Assembly (NCBI RefSeq): GCF_004010195.1
Contig: NC_057720.1
Location: forward strand, 15,090,687-15,154,686
Direction: 5' to 3'
Length of the DNA: 64,000 bases
Source: Chiloscyllium plagiosum
Lineage: Eukaryota
Every line of letters starts with the position of its first letter. Positions within the stretch are counted from its first letter, which is position 1. Below the pieces are notes generated by a model. It did no database searches and was not told the DNA's origin. It saw only the letters and a program-made list of their open reading frames with translations. The position numbers were made by a program, and so were the translations under genes. Below, one piece after another: positions 1-13,338 of the stretch.

Positions 1-330
1 GGACCTAATTGAGGTATACAAGATAATGAGAAGCATAGATAGAGTCGATAGCCAGAGACTATTTCCCAGGGCAGAAATGGCTAACACGAGGGGTCATAGT
101 TTTAAGCTGGTTGGAGGAAAGTATAGAGGGGATGTCAGAGGCGGGTTCTTTACACAGAGAGTTGTGAGAGCATGGAATGCGTTGCCAGCAGTAGTTGTGG
201 AAGCGAGGTCATTGGGGATATTTAAGAGACTGCTGGACATGCATATGGTCACAGAAATTTGAGGGTGCATACATGGGGATCAATGGTCGGCACAACATCG
301 TGGGCTGAAGGGCCTGTTCTGTGCTCTATG
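1..330 (+). mobile_element. CR1-clade (HER1-like) LINE, 3' end fragment
   Basis: ORF 26-262 has the CR1 ORF2 C-terminal motifs TRGHSFKL and FFTQRVVRAWNALP; followed by a typical 3' UTR (GGGCTGAAGGGCCTGTTCTGTGCT). Confidence 0.85.
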
Positions 331-682
331 TAGCTTTAATGATATCCTTCCTTCTGGAAAGATTCAACAGATCTTTGTGTGGAAGATTAGCCATAACAAT
401 ATAGGTGATGCCTGGAGTAATTAACAGTTATCTTGGCCACGGCAATCTTAGCAACATCTTTAAGTAAAAATTCAATCATGATCATTACCGCACTGAAGGA
501 TGCCAATCAGCCCATTGTTAAAAATCACACAACACCAGATTTAGACTGATTCTAATCTAAAAAGTGAGTTAACTGAGTCTTACATGGATTCATGCAGTTT
601 TTGAGCAAACTCTGCAAGTACAAATTCACCCCACAAAAGTATATGTGTATGTGTGTGTGTGTGTGTCTCTGGAGTGGGGGTC

Positions 683-2215
683 CTTCAGAGTTCCCTACGC
701 GCCCTCATCCCACGTACTTCTCGCGTAGGTGACTTCTACTGCCTTCCAAAGGTGCACAAAGCCAACAGACCCTGTGTAAGAATCTCTCCGGATATGTTGA
801 AGGCATCTTGAAACCCATTGTACAGGGGATTCCCAGCTTCTGTTGCGACACTATGGATTTCTTATAGAAACTCAGCACCCACGGACCACTCGAACCAGGA
901 ATTATCCTCGTCACAATGGATGTTTCAGCACTCTACACCAGCACCCCCCCAAAATGATGGCATCATGGCAACAGCCTCAGCACTCAACACCTACAACTGC
1001 CAATCTCCGAACACCATCCTACACCCTCAATCACAACGTCTTCACCTTTGACAACCAGTCTTCATCCAGACACATGGACCAAATTTGCCATGGAGACCAA
1101 ATTTGCATCTCAATATGCCAACATCTTCATGCACAGGTTCGAACAAGACATCTTCTCTACACAGGACCTCCAACCAACATTATACACTAGGTACATTGAT
1201 GACATTTTCTTCATATGGACCCATGGCGAGGAGTCACTGATAAAACTAGATAGCGATATCAACAAGTTTCATCCCACCATCAAACTCACCATGGACTACT
1301 CTCGACTATCTGTCTCATCTCAGCACCACACTCTACGCAAACCCACAGACAACCTCACAATGCTACACTTCTCCAGCTTCCACATATTAAAACAGCCATC
1401 CCCTATGGACAAGCCCTACGTGTACACCGGATCTGCTCAGATGAGGAGGAATGTGACAGGCACCTGGAAGTACTCAGGGATGCCCTCATAAGAAACGGGG
1501 TACGATGCTCAACTTATCGACCGCTAATTCCAACATGCCTTAGCAAGGAACTATAATGATCTCCTCAGGAGACAGACACGTGCTGCAACCGACAGGGTAC
1601 CCTTTGTTGTCCAGTACTTCCCAGGAGCTGAAAAACTACACCATGTTCTTCATGACCTGCAACACATTATCAATGAGGATGAGCACCTCGCCAAGACCTT
1701 CCCCACACCTCCACTTCTCGCCTTTAAACAGCCACCAAACCTCAAACAGATCATTGTTTGTAGCAAACTGCCCGGCTTTCAGGATAGCTCCATACAACTC
1801 TGTCACAGTAGGTGCTGCAAGACGTGTCAGAGTATGGACATGGATACCACCATTACACGTGGGGACACCTCCCACCATGTACGTGGCAGGTACTCATGCG
1901 ACTCAGCCAATATTGTCTATCTCATACACTGCCCGCAAGGATGCCCTGAGGCATGGCACATTGGGGAAACCAAGCAGAGGCTACGGCAATGGGTGAATGG
2001 GCACTGCACAACAATCAACACACAGGAGGGTTCCCTCCCAGTTGGAGAACACTTCAGTGGTCCAGAACATTCAACCTCGGACATTCGAGTGACCATCCAC
2101 CAAGGCGGACTTCGGGATAGGCAGCAGCGAAAAGTGGCCAAGCAGAGGCTAAGTTCGGTATCCATAGGGAGGGCTTCAACCGGGACCTTGGGTTCATGTC
2201 ACACTACAGGTGACC
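683..2215 (+). pseudogene. Frameshifted PLE ORF: reverse transcriptase, Cys-rich linker and GIY-YIG endonuclease
   Basis: ILVTMDVSALYT (about 902-940), KFASQYANIFM, YTRYIDDIFFIW, linker CHSRCCKTCQ (1801-1830), NIVYLIHCPQGCPEAWHIGETKQRL and LPVGEHFS. Several frameshifts and stops. Confidence 0.85.
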
Positions 2216-2224
2216 ACCATTGCA

Positions 2225-2570
2225 CTATATATACACACACAACACACATGCAGACACACCTAGACATAGACACGCACACAGATATGCACTCTCTCACAGA
2301 CTTAGACCCTTTTACACTCTCTCACACACACATATACACTCTCTATCACAGACACTCACAAACCCCCACCCCAGACACACACACATACTCCTACAGACAC
2401 ACACGCTCCCACCCTCACACATGCACCCTCACACAGACTTAGACCCCTTTACACTCACTCACACTCTCACACACACCCACATATACACTCTCTCTCACAG
2501 ACACTCACAACCCCCCAACACACACACACACACACTCACATAAAAACCTACATGCAAACATACACATATA
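2225..2570. repeat. CA-rich low-complexity tract inside the PLE, containing two copies of an about 137-bp unit
   Basis: CACAGACTTAGACCCCTTTACACTC occurs at about 2296 and about 2432. Confidence 0.75.
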
Positions 2571-2956
2571 CTTTTGTGCGGTGAATGTGTACTTGCAGAG
2601 TTACATTGTACTTTGCTCAAAAACTGCATGAATCCATGTAAGACTCTGTTAACTCACTTTTTAGATTAGAATCAGTCTAAACATTATAGCACAGACAACA
2701 GAACACAGGGGGCTAACACCTTCAACATCTTAACATCTTATCTAGGCTGATACCAATTGTTACAATTAACCTGAGAATGTAACTTTTAAAAAAAAGTTTT
2801 GTGATTTACATATGAACGAAGTGAAACTAACATGGTCATTCTAACAGATGAGACACTTAACAAACAATCAAGGTATTTTTCAATGCATAATTTCAGTTAC
2901 ATCACACTGTAAACTTTTACTATAAATTCTGTGAATACAATTGTGTCCTCCACAAC

Positions 2957-2991
2957 TACCTGATGAAGGAGCAGCGCTATGAAAGCTAGTG
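2957..2991 (+). ncRNA. Minimal hammerhead ribozyme motif in the PLE pLTR (degenerate stem II)
   Basis: TAC-CTGATGA-A-GGAGCAGCGCTAT-GAAA-GCTA-GTG: CUGAUGA and GAAA core boxes flank a short stem-loop. Confidence 0.65.
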
Positions 2992-3483
2992 CTTCCAATT
3001 AAACCTGTTGGACTATAACCTGGTGTTGTGTGATTTTTAACTTTGTACACCCCAGTCCAACACCGACATCTCCAAATCATGACTGCAATTGGCCCATCAG
3101 TTGTCCATAAGACTAAATGATTGCGAGCAACTTTGAATTAAAAATTCCAAATCCTCACTGAGCTGTGGGGGTGAGGAGAAGGCATATCTGGATAAGAGCA
3201 TATAATCACTATCCTTTCCTCTTTCAGTTCTTTCCAGCAAGGGAAGAGGTGAATTATAACATGCAAACAAACTTGAAATATGGTAAATGCTAGTAAGTAA
3301 ACATTAGTTTGTGACCTTTCCCTCCAGAATAAGGTGTGAACTCCTACAGGCAGAGTTAACCCAGGTAGGTAACAGGTTCAACAACAATAAGCCCAGTGCT
3401 GGTGTTTATCTGGGTGTTAAAGAAGATTAAGCTACAGGTTAGCCACAGGTATGACTACCATTCTGTAGGAGTCAGACTATGGA

Positions 3484-3570
3484 CTGAAGAGAAGTCATCT
3501 TGGATTTGAAGCATTAACTCTGCTTCTCGCTCCACAGATGCTGCCAGACCGGAATTTCTTCAGCATTTTC
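3484..3570 (+). mobile_element. PLE family C pLTR fragment with a decayed hammerhead
   Basis: CTGAAGAGAAGTCA...GAAGCATTAACTCTG...CAGATGCTGCCAGACC matches 28205-28290 and 60883-60975. Confidence 0.6.
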
Positions 3571-4445
3571 CTGGAAATGTGAAATAAAAACAACTGCTGT
3601 ACCTGGCGTTATTTTATGAAACAGGTAGCATCAGATTTGGAATGTGTTCATTATGGTGTCTGTGTTCTGAATCAGTGACAGTGAGAACAGAAAAAGCGAC
3701 AACACAAATATTGGGTCTTAATTTACACCCTGTGATCTATTATTGGTGTTACCTTGAAGGCAAATTTGGGACTGATTTTAAAGGATTTTCTTCAGTGATT
3801 AGCAGACTGCCCAGATACAGAACTGGAGCTGAAAACCACTAAGAGAATCTCTGATGTCCTTGCATGACACGCAGGCTCTTCGGGGTGGGGGAACACTTTC
3901 TTTCCCACTCTACACCTCTGCACATCACGTACATGAGAATAACTGTGTGAGGACAGCCACCACCCCTTCCCGCACCCACCCCCCCTCCCCGTCCCCCCAA
4001 ACTTGTAAATATTTCATCTAAGCTGTTGTTCCATAAGAACCCAGAAATTCCTGTGTAGGCTATTCATAAATTGGCTCCTTAAGTTCATAAACATGTGCAA
4101 AATTAAAAAGCATATCATATGTGTTGTATGAGGAGGCTTCAGACCAAACCACATTCTGCTCTCAAACTTCTGATAGCTTCCATCACTGCAGCTGAGACAA
4201 TCAACAACATTCTAAAATAAAGTCAATTTGTTCCATCTCAATGTTAATTGATCTCTTTTAAAAATCAATTATTTGGGCCACAGTGTATTTGTATTGTGTT
4301 GTGTAGAAACTAATTATTTTTCTTTTGATTCAGATATATTGTTCATAATGAACCAACAAACCCACTTTCAGTGTCCGAGGTAAACTCGATGACCTGTTGG
4401 GGGAGAAGGGGAGGAAACTTCCCCCACCCCCCTCTTGCGCCCACT

Positions 4446-4545
4446 TAGAGTCATGGAATTGCACAGAATAGAAGCAGGCCCTTCAATCCAATTCGTGCAT
4501 GCCAACCAGATGTCCTAAATTAATCCAGTCCCATTTGCTAATCTA
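4446..4545 (-). mobile_element. CR1 3' UTR fragment
   Basis: Reverse complement resembles the 3' end at 10440-10536. Confidence 0.6.
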
Positions 4546-5781
4546 GTTTCCATTTGCAATTCCCGATGCATTCTACAGATAAAGGAGAGATCTGAGCTCG
4601 CCCCGCCCTTGCCAACTTAATTTCCCCTCTCATCTTCTGCATACGAAGTAGCCTTCAGACTTGAATGTAATTCTGAACTTGTGAATGAATATGGGCCAAA
4701 TTGCCTTCTCATCCAAAAGTAACTTGTGATCTTCGGATGGAAGTATGCTCTGGATTGTGGCTTTGAGTCTTGCATCAGAATTAGATTCTTTGGTGCCACT
4801 GGAATTGTTTGGAGGAGCTGTGTTTTTAAGATATACTGGCAATTCTTTCTCCAGCATTCAATGTTATCAAAAGTAGATAATCTGGCTTCTCATGCCCTAA
4901 TCTTATAACCGGCACCTTATTGTCTGAGGAATGCAATTCCACTTTTCTGGATGGAAAAACGAAACACAACAAAAGCAATTACCTCTTCAAGAAGCATATT
5001 GAGATATGGCTGCTTGCTCCTGCCCGGCACCTGAATCTGAATTGTGAACTACTTGGCTGCTATATTCAAGGTCTTCAACAAAAATAGACCATGTTTGAAC
5101 TTGTTAACATGTGTTATTGTTTACTTTGGTAATATTCCACTTTCTTCATGCTGCTCCTTCATTTCTGCGTTTTCTTCCAATTCTTTTCCATCCTATTTTG
5201 TTGCTGTTCTGCCCAAAGTTCCCAGGTTAGTACAATGTTAGGACAAATCAGACACTGCTGGCACCCAGACTCTGACTAAACCATACTATTTTACAGCTTC
5301 ACAAGTGAATGGAAAGTTTTACTTCAAATGTGCACCAGATAAGAGCGGTCTGCTTACTTACTGTCACAAGTGGCAAGGTTATTTGGAAGGGGTTATTTTC
5401 AGCAATGACCACAATTGTTTGACTTATTTTTTACGTATATGCATTGATAACCTTTTAAATCCACATCATGGGTAATCTTGTAACATCCATGATCTTAAAC
5501 CTCTCCAATGTTATACCTTCAAGCAATTTTGAAAATAGGTGGTTAGGTTTGATCTTCATCTGCAATTCAGTCCATCTCTCCATCTTGAAGACCTATCTGT
5601 CCTTCAACTGTATATCTTTTCATCCAAATTCTGATTGATATCCTTCTTCACCGTGCATAAACTGCATACTTTCATTTTTCTGTATGTTTGATTGTGGACT
5701 GAAATGGGGAATTTTAAACTTTTCAAAAGCCAAGGATTCTTGAAAGATTGCATTTTACTAAAAGCAAGTAACCTGCCTTAT

Positions 5782-6540
5782 TGTAAGTCCTGTTTACACA
5801 GCTGCTGTTCAAGTCAAAGCCTAGATTGCAGATAAGCTGGAGTCAAGGGATATGTAGAATTTTATCTTTGGTTGTCAACAAGTAATTAGATAAGTCCATG
5901 AATTAGTGATCAGTTATTGCAGGGAGCTGAACAGCATGAGGGTGTGTTGGTTTGTTTCAGGAAAACGACTGGATCTTTACAAAGTAAAACAAACATCTGA
6001 GGCCTGAAGATAGCAGGTTTATTTCCCTTTTCATCAGTAGCTGTAAACTATGATTCTTAACTGATAAGTTAGAGACCTTAAGTGCAGACCAGTCACTCTG
6101 TGTCTCTTGCAAGCAAGTGGAATCTGGAGAAGGAAAACTAATGCAACATTGAGAAGTAAAAGCATCATCTCAACAAACCCTGCAAGCCAGGATTTTTTGA
6201 AATGCCTTCCCAAGCTTTCCCCTCCACCCATTAGACCCTTGTATTTCTTCCTGTTCCTATTTGTAGGTGCATGTAGGACAGAAGTTCAAATGGGTTTGTT
6301 TTAACAAATAGTTAAACAATTATTAAATAAACATATATTTGTAGTTAGTCTATTTACTTGTAATAAATGGTTATTCTTGCTGAGTACAGAAACCTGGTCC
6401 ATGCTTTGTTAACATGAATCTAAGAGACAGGTAAATTGGGGAATTCTGCATATGCATTTTCAAATAAAATCAAACTTTTGTGCTGACTCCAGGAATAACA
6501 GGGTTTTATTTCCAACACAATATCCCAGTGAGATCTAACA
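5782..6540 (+). mobile_element. Probable solo LTR (Gypsy/ERV-like); 5' boundary uncertain
   Basis: TGT...AACA ends, AATAAA at about 6346 and 6362, composition like the LTR at 35930. No TSD found. Confidence 0.35.
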
Positions 6541-6619
6541 ACTTTTGAAGTGCGTTGAGATACTGTTTAAAAAAATGTCAAGTTGCTATGTAACTGTTGT
6601 AGAACAGAGAAATCCAAGG

Positions 6620-7383
6620 GTGTAGATACATAATTTTTTGAATTTCACATCACATGTAGACAGGGTAATTTAGCACACTTGCCTTCATTGCTCCTTTTGA
6701 GAATATGATTTGGGAAGTCATTTTGCGGTTTACAGGATGAGGCTTCTTCTGGCGTACCATGTCCAATTGTGGTTGCCCTATTATAGGAAGGATATTATTT
6801 AGGTGGTGAGAATTCAGAAAAGACTTACCAGTATATTGTTGGGAATGGAGGGTTTAAGTTATAAGGAGAGGCTAGATAGGGTGGGATTTCTTTCCCTGGA
6901 GTGTAGAATGTTGAGGGTGACCTTTTATAGAGGTTTATACAATCATGAGGGGTATAGAAAAGGTAAATGGAAGGTGTCTTTTCTCTAGGGTGGGAGATAT
7001 CAAATTCTGGATTAGTGGTGCTGGAAGAGCACAGTAGTTCAGGCAGCATCCAAGGAGCAGCGAAATCAACATTTCAGGCAAAAGCCGATATCAAGACTAG
7101 TGGACATAGTTTTAAAATGAGAGGAGAAGGATTTAAAGACATTAGGGCAACTTTTTTACACAATGAGTGGCTTGTGTGTGGAATGAATTTCCAGAGGACG
7201 TTTTGGATGTGGGTACAGTTACAACATTTAAAAGTCTTTTGGATCAGTTCATAAATAAGAAGTGTTTGGAGGGACATAGGCCAAGCGCGGGCAGTTGGAA
7301 ACACGTTAGTTTGGGATTATGGTCGTCATGGACTGGTTGAAATGAAGTATCTATTTCCGTGCTGTATGACTCTGTGACTCTAT
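6620..7383 (+). mobile_element. CR1 LINE 3' portion
   Basis: VRIQKRLTSILLGMEGLSYKERLDRVG and TSGHSFK; (TGACTC)n tail at 7367-7383. Confidence 0.85.
7004..7086 (-). mobile_element. PLE family B-like pLTR fragment inserted in CR1, 8-bp TSD GATATCAA
   Basis: GATATCAA at 6996-7003 and 7087-7094; CR1 reads through when the insert is removed; insert is similar to 21240-21312. Confidence 0.75.
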
Positions 7384-7629
7384 AAGCTTCTACATTCTCT
7401 TAAACTACACCAATTGTCAGACTTTGGCAAGACTGGACAAAGCAAAACATAGCCTGTTTGTACATGGGTGCCTCTTTGAAATATAGCCAGATAAAACTGA
7501 GGCAAGAACTGAACATGTGCTTTGATATAGGTAAGGGGACAGTCAATAATAATGTACACATAGCAAGTTACAAATGCAGAAAAAAATTTTAAAATAGCAA
7601 AGAAATTACTTAAGCTTACTTGCTGGAAC

Positions 7630-10536
7630 AGTTGAGAACAGAAGCAAGTCAGTCAGGGTAGGCAGGGACAAGGTAGGACTAATAAATTAAACTGCATTTA
7701 TTTCAATGTGAACGGCCTAACAGGGAAGGCAGATGAACTCAAGGCATGGTTAGGAACATGGGACTGGGATATCATAGCAATTGCAGAAACATGGCTCAGA
7801 GATGGGCAGGACTGGCAGCTTAATGTTCCAGGATACAAATGCTACAGAAAGGATAGAAAGGGAGGCAAGAGAGGAGGGGGNNNNNNNNNNNNNNNNNNNN
7901 NNNNNNNNNNNNNNNNNNNNNNNNNNNNNNNNNNNNNNNNNNNNNNNNNNNNNNNNNNNNNNNNNNNNNNNNNNNNNNNNNNNNNNNNNNNNNNNNNNNN
8001 NNNNNNNNNNNNNNNNNNNNNNNNNNNNNNNNNNNNNNNNNNNNNNNNNNNNNNNNNNNNNNNNNNNNNNNNNNNNNNNNNNNNNNNNNNNNNNNNNNNN
8101 NNNNNNNNNNNNNNNNNNNNNNNNNNNNNNNNNNNNNNNNNNNNNNNNNNNNNNNNNNNNNNNNNNNNNNNNNNNNNNNNNNNNNNNNNNNNNNNNNNNN
8201 NNNNNNNNNNNNNNNNNNNNNNNNNNNNNNNNNNNNNNNNNNNNNNNNNNNNNNNNNNNNNNNNNNNNNNNNNNNNNNNNNNNNNNNNNNNNNNNNNNNN
8301 NNNNNNNNNNNNNNNNNNNNNCAGATCTAAAAGTTGAAGTTCTAAATTGGAGAAAGGCCACTTCTAATGGTGTGAGGCAGAAACTTTCAAAAGCTGATTG
8401 GGGGCAGATGTTCGCAGGTAAAGGGACAGCTGCAAAATGGGAAGCCTTCAGAAATGAGATAACAAGAATCCACAGAAAGTATATTCCTGTTAGGGTGAAA
8501 GGAAAGGCTGGTAGGTATAGGAAATGCTGGATGACTAAAGAAATTGAGGATTTGGCTAAGAAAAAGAAGGAAGCATATGTAAGGTATAGACAGGATAGAT
8601 CGAGTGAATCCTTAGAAGAGTATAAAGGCAGTAGGAGTATACTTAAGAGGGAAATCAGGAGGGAAAAAAAGGGACATGAAATAGCTTTGGCAAATGGAAT
8701 TAAGGAGAATCCAAAAGGTTTTAACAAATACATGAAGGACAAAAGGGTAACTACGGAGAGAATACAGCCCCTCAAAGATCAGCAAGGCGGCCTTTGTGTG
8801 GAGCCGCAGAAAATGGTGGAGATACTAAACAAGTATTTTACATCCGTATTTACTGTGGAAAAGGATAAGGAAGATATAGAATGTAGGGAAATAGATGGTG
8901 ACACCTTGCAAAAGGTCCATTTTACAGCGGAGGAAGTGCTAGATGTCTTGAAACGCATAAAGATGGGTAACTCCCCAGGACCTGATCAGGTGTATCCGAG
9001 AACTCTGTGGGAAGCTAGAGAAGTGATTGCTGGGCCTTTTGCTGAGATATTTGTTTCTTCGATAGTCACAGGTGAGGTGCTGGAAGACTGGATGTTGGCT
9101 AACGTGGTGCCACTGTTTAAGAAGGGTGGTAAGGACAAGCCAGTGAACTATAGACCAGTGAGCCTGACGTCAGTGGTGGGCAAGTTGTTGGAGGGAATCC
9201 TGAGGGACAGGATGTACATGTATTTAGAAAGGCAAGGACTGATTAGGAATAGTCAACATGGCTTTGTGCGTGGGAAATCATGTCTCACAAACTTGATTGA
9301 GTTTTTTAAAGAAGTAGCAAAGAGGATTGATGAGGGCAGAGCAGTAGATGTAATCTATATGGACTTCAGTGAGGTTCAACAAGGTTTCCCATGGGAGACT
9401 AGTTAGCAAGCTTAGATCTCATGGAATACAGGGAGAACTAGCCATTTGGATACAGAACAGTCTCAAAGGTTGAAGATAGAGGGTAGTGGTGGAGGGTTGT
9501 TTTTCACACTGGCCTGTGACCAGTGGAGTGTCACAAGGATCAGTGCTGGGTCCTCGGCATTTTGTCATTTATATAAATGATTTGGATGCGAGCATAAGAG
9601 GTACAGTTAGTAAGTTTGCAGAAGACACCAAAATTGGAGGTGTCGTGGACAGCGAAGAAGGTTACTCAGATTACAACAGGATCTGGACCAGATGGGCCAA
9701 TGGGCTGAGAAGTGGCAGATGGAGTTTAATTCAGATAAATGCGAGGTGCTGCATTTTGGGAAATCAAATCTTAGCAGGACTTATACACTTAATGGTAAGG
9801 TCCTGGAGAGTGTTGCTGAACAAAGAGACTTTGGAGTGCAGGTTCATAGCTCCTTGAAAGTGAAGTCGCAGGAAGACAGGATAGTGAAGAAGGTGTTTGG
9901 TATGCTTTCCCTTATTGGTTAGAGTATTGAGTACAGGAGGTGGGAGGTCATGTTGTGGCTGTACAGGACATTGGTTCGGCCACTGTTGGAATATTGCGTG
10001 CAATTCTGATCTCCTCTCTATTGGAAAGATGTTGTGAAACTTGAAAGGGTTCCGAAAAGATTTCACAAGAATGTTGTCAGGGTTGGAGGATTTGAGCTAT
10101 AGGGAGAGGCTGTACAGGCTGGGACTGTTTTCCCCGGAGCATCAGAGGCTGAGGGATGACCTTATAGAGGTTTACAAAATTGGAGGGGCATGGATAGGAT
10201 AAATAGGCAAAGTCTTTTCCTGGGGTCGGGGAATCCAGAACTAGAGGGCATAGGTTTAGGGTGAGAGGGGAAAGATATAAAAGAGACCTAAGGGGCAACT
10301 TTTTCACACAGAGAGTGGTACGTGTATGGAATGTGCTGCCAGAGCAAGTGGTGGAGGCTGGTACAATTGCAACATTTAAAAGGCATTTGCATGGTTATAT
10401 GAATAGGAAGGGTTTAGAGGGATATGGTCTGGGTGCTGGCAGGTGGGACTAGTTGGGTTGGGATATCTGGTCGGCATGGACGGGTTGGACCGAATGGTCT
10501 GTTTCCATGCTGTACACCTCTGTGACTATGACTCTA
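7630..10536 (+). mobile_element. CR1/HER1-like LINE with nearly complete but disrupted ORF2 (APE endonuclease and RT) and 3' UTR
   Basis: LNCIYFN..DIIAIAETWL (endonuclease), NYRPVSLTS, QHGFVRGKSCLTNL, VSQGSVLGP, FAEDTK (YADD-site variant), (TGACTCTA)n tail. Frameshifts near 9370 and 9510. Confidence 0.93.
7881..8321. other. Assembly gap (N run) inside CR1
   Basis: 441 consecutive Ns. Confidence 0.99.
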
Positions 10537-10659
10537 TGAATGTATTTGTAAGCTTCTTCGCTTTTCAGATCACTAGAACTGGAACTTGGATAGATGTGAT
10601 GGACAATTCCCATTCTCCAATTAACTGAACGATATATATTCCACATTCATGCAATCAAA

Positions 10660-10740
10660 GCAAGGTACTGCTGATGTTGGAAGTCTGAAATAAAATCAAA
10701 AATTGCTGGAAAAACTGTGCATGTTTGGTAGCTTCTGTGG
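10660..10740 (-). mobile_element. PLE family C pLTR fragment
   Basis: ACTGCTGATGTTGGAAGTCTGAAATAAAATCAAAAATTGCTGGAAAAAC resembles 28090-28150. Confidence 0.55.
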
Positions 10741-11007
10741 ACCAAGGTACAAATTAGTCTACTATGAATTTTCTTCAGAATTACTCCAGAAAAAATAGTT
10801 TTATATTGAATTGTATTGATGATTGATTAATTCATTCTGATGCTGATTGTGTCACTGTAATTCCAGCTACCCATTGTATAATTTGATCTGTAAGAACAGA
10901 AAGAATTTTCAAGACAGAACTGGTTTTCAACAAATCAACTTAAATGTTCCTGAACAAAAACAGAAATTTCTCAGACGCAGGATCACTGGACCCAAAACGT
11001 TTACTCT

Positions 11008-13264
11008 GATTTTGAATTGAATTTATTGTCACATGTACCGAGGCACAGTGAAAATCTTTGTCTTGCGAGCAATACAGGCAGGTCAGAGTTAAGTAGCATA
11101 GATAGTAAATGATAGGTAAACAGCGGCAAAAACAAAAACACAGGTACAGGCAAATGTTAAGAGTTTGTGAGTCCATTCAGTTGGGTAGAAACTGTTGTGA
11201 AACCGGCTGGTGCGTGTGTTCAGGCTTCTGAACCTTCTTCCCGATGGTAGAGGTTGTAGAAAAACATTGCCAGGGTGGGATGGATCTTTGAGAATCTGGC
11301 AGCCTTTCCCTGACAGCTGGCCTGGTAGATGGATTCTATAGATGGGAGGTTGGCCTTTGTGATTGTCCAGGCCGAATTCACCACTCTCTGTAACCGTCTC
11401 CGATCTTGAATAGTACAGTTGCCATACCAGGTAGTGATACATCCAGACAGAATGCTCTCGATGGCACGCCTATAAAAGTTGGCAAGGGTATTCGTCAGCA
11501 TGCCAAATTTCCTCAACTGCCTGAGGAAGAAGGGATGTTATTGGACCTTTGTAACCAGTGCATCCACATGAAGAGCCCAAGAAACTTGTTGTGGATGACC
11601 ACTCCCAGGCGCTTGACACTCTCCACTTGTTCCACCTCTGTGCTGTTAATGTGTAGGGGGGGATGTGTAACATGCCGCCAAAAGTCATTAATGAGTTCCT
11701 TGGTTTTGCTGACATTGAGACCAAGGTTGTTCTCAGTGCACCATTTTTTCCAGATTTTCCACCTCCCATCTGTAGTCTGTTTCGTCACTATCTGAGATTC
11801 AACTGACTATGGTGGTGTCATCAGCGAACTTGTAAATGACATTAGTCTGGTATTTGGTGACACAGTCATGGGTATACAGTAAGTACAGTAGGGGGCTGAG
11901 TATGCACCCCTGGGGGACTCCAGTGTTGAGTGTTAGTGAGGATGAAATATTGTCCCCAATCTTCACTGATTATGGCCTGTAGGTCAGGAAACTAAGGATC
12001 CAGTTGCAGAGAGGGGGGCTTAGTCCAAGATCACTGAGTTTAGTAATCAGTCTCGAGGGGATAATAGTGTTGAAGGCTGAACTGTAGTCAATGAGTAGGG
12101 TTCTTACCTAGCAGTTCTTGGTGTCAAGATATTCTAGAGAGGAGTAAAGGGCAAGTGGTATGGCATCTGATGTGGATCTGTTGGTCCAATAGGCAAATTG
12201 AGTGGGTCAAGAGTAGTGGGGAGGCTGGAGTTGATTAATGCCATGACCAGCCTTTCAAAGCACTTCATGACCACTGAAGTTAGGGCCACTGGGTGGTAGT
12301 CATTGAGACATGCTGCATGAGCCTTCTTAGGCACAAGGATGACGTTGGCCCTCTTGAAACAGGCAGGGACAGTGGCCTACTGCAGGGAGAGGTTGAAGAT
12401 GTCCGAGAAGACCTCTGCCAGTTGATCTGTGCATGCTCTGAGTGCACACGGCCTGGTACTCCATCTGGTCCCATTGCTTTCCTTGGATTCGCATGAAGGA
12501 AAACTGATCTGACCTCTGATGCAGTGACTGTTGGGATAGGTTCGTCAGGACTTGTCGGAATAGGTGTTACCTCTCCACTGAAATTCTGCTCAAAGCGAGC
12601 ATAGAAAGCATGGGGACAATCTGGGAGGGATGTGTCTTCATCTGCTATCTTACACTGTCTCTTTTTAGAAGCTGTGATGTAATTCAGTCCTTGCTATAGT
12701 CGCTGGGTGCCTGTAGGGGTTTCTAGTTTGGATTAGTATTGGTCCTTGGCTGTCTTAATGACTCTGCAAAGGTCAGACTTGGATTCCTTATATTTGAGTG
12801 GGTCTCCTAATCTGAAGGCCCCAGGTTCTGTTTGTCTTGATTCATCCAGGGTTTCCTGTTGGGGAGCACTTGGATTGACTTCCTCGGTATGCAGTCCTCT
12901 ACGCACTTGCTGATAAAGTCTGTGACGGTGGTGGCGTACTCACCCAAGGTACCTGTGGACTGTTTGAATGTGGCCCAATCAACATTCCAGATAGCACTGG
13001 AGGTGATCCTCTGCCTCCTCCGACCAGTGCTGGACTTGTATCCACGGAGATGGGGGTTTTCTGCTTGAACTTTTGCCTGTAAGCCAGGAGAAGAAACACG
13101 GCATTGTGGTCGGAGTTTTGAAATGAGGACGGGGGATGGAGCGGGAGACATCTTTCACAGTGGTGTAGCAGTGGTCTAAAATGTTCGGGCCCCTGGTAGA
13201 GCAGGTAATGTTCTGGTGGTACTTGGGCACACCTTCCTTAGATTGGCTTGCTTGAAGTCACCAG
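11008..13264 (-). mobile_element. Rex1/Babar-clade LINE, 5'-truncated and frameshifted
   Basis: TCSTRGPNILDHCYT (endonuclease end), CLNDYHPVALTSVVMKCFERLV, WCTENNLGLNVSKTKEL, FYRRAIESILSGCITTWYGN; minus strand ends AATAAA-(ATTCA)n. Confidence 0.88.
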
Positions 13265-13338
13265 TCCCAGATGCTGCCAGACAATTCAGCAATTTGTTTT
13301 TGTTTCTGATTTACAGAATCTGCAATTCTTTTGGTTTC
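13265..13338 (+). mobile_element. PLE family C pLTR fragment abutting the Rex1 5' truncation
   Basis: CAGATGCTGCCAGAC..CAGCAATTTGTTTTTGTTTCTGATTTACAG..TCTGCA. Confidence 0.6.

Larger units (their letters stand above)
517..3079 (+). mobile_element. Penelope-like retroelement (Neptune-type, family A), 5'-truncated, with an inverted partial pLTR at its 5' end
   Basis: RT and GIY-YIG remnants at 683-2215; 3' pLTR to 3079. 517-538 is the reverse complement of 3020-3041, and about 540-670 is the reverse complement of about 2520-2681. Confidence 0.9.

Noticed and set aside
2220..2543. His/Thr-rich ORF
   Set aside because: Translation of CA-rich low-complexity DNA.
7708..8775. Long ORFs 7708-8337 and 7750-8775
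   Set aside because: Their length comes from reading through the N gap; the real residues are CR1 ORF2 or its antisense.
7781..9406. 541-aa ORF as an active RT gene
   Set aside because: Spans the gap, frameshifts near 9370, and the catalytic motif reads FAED; a dead CR1 copy as assembled.
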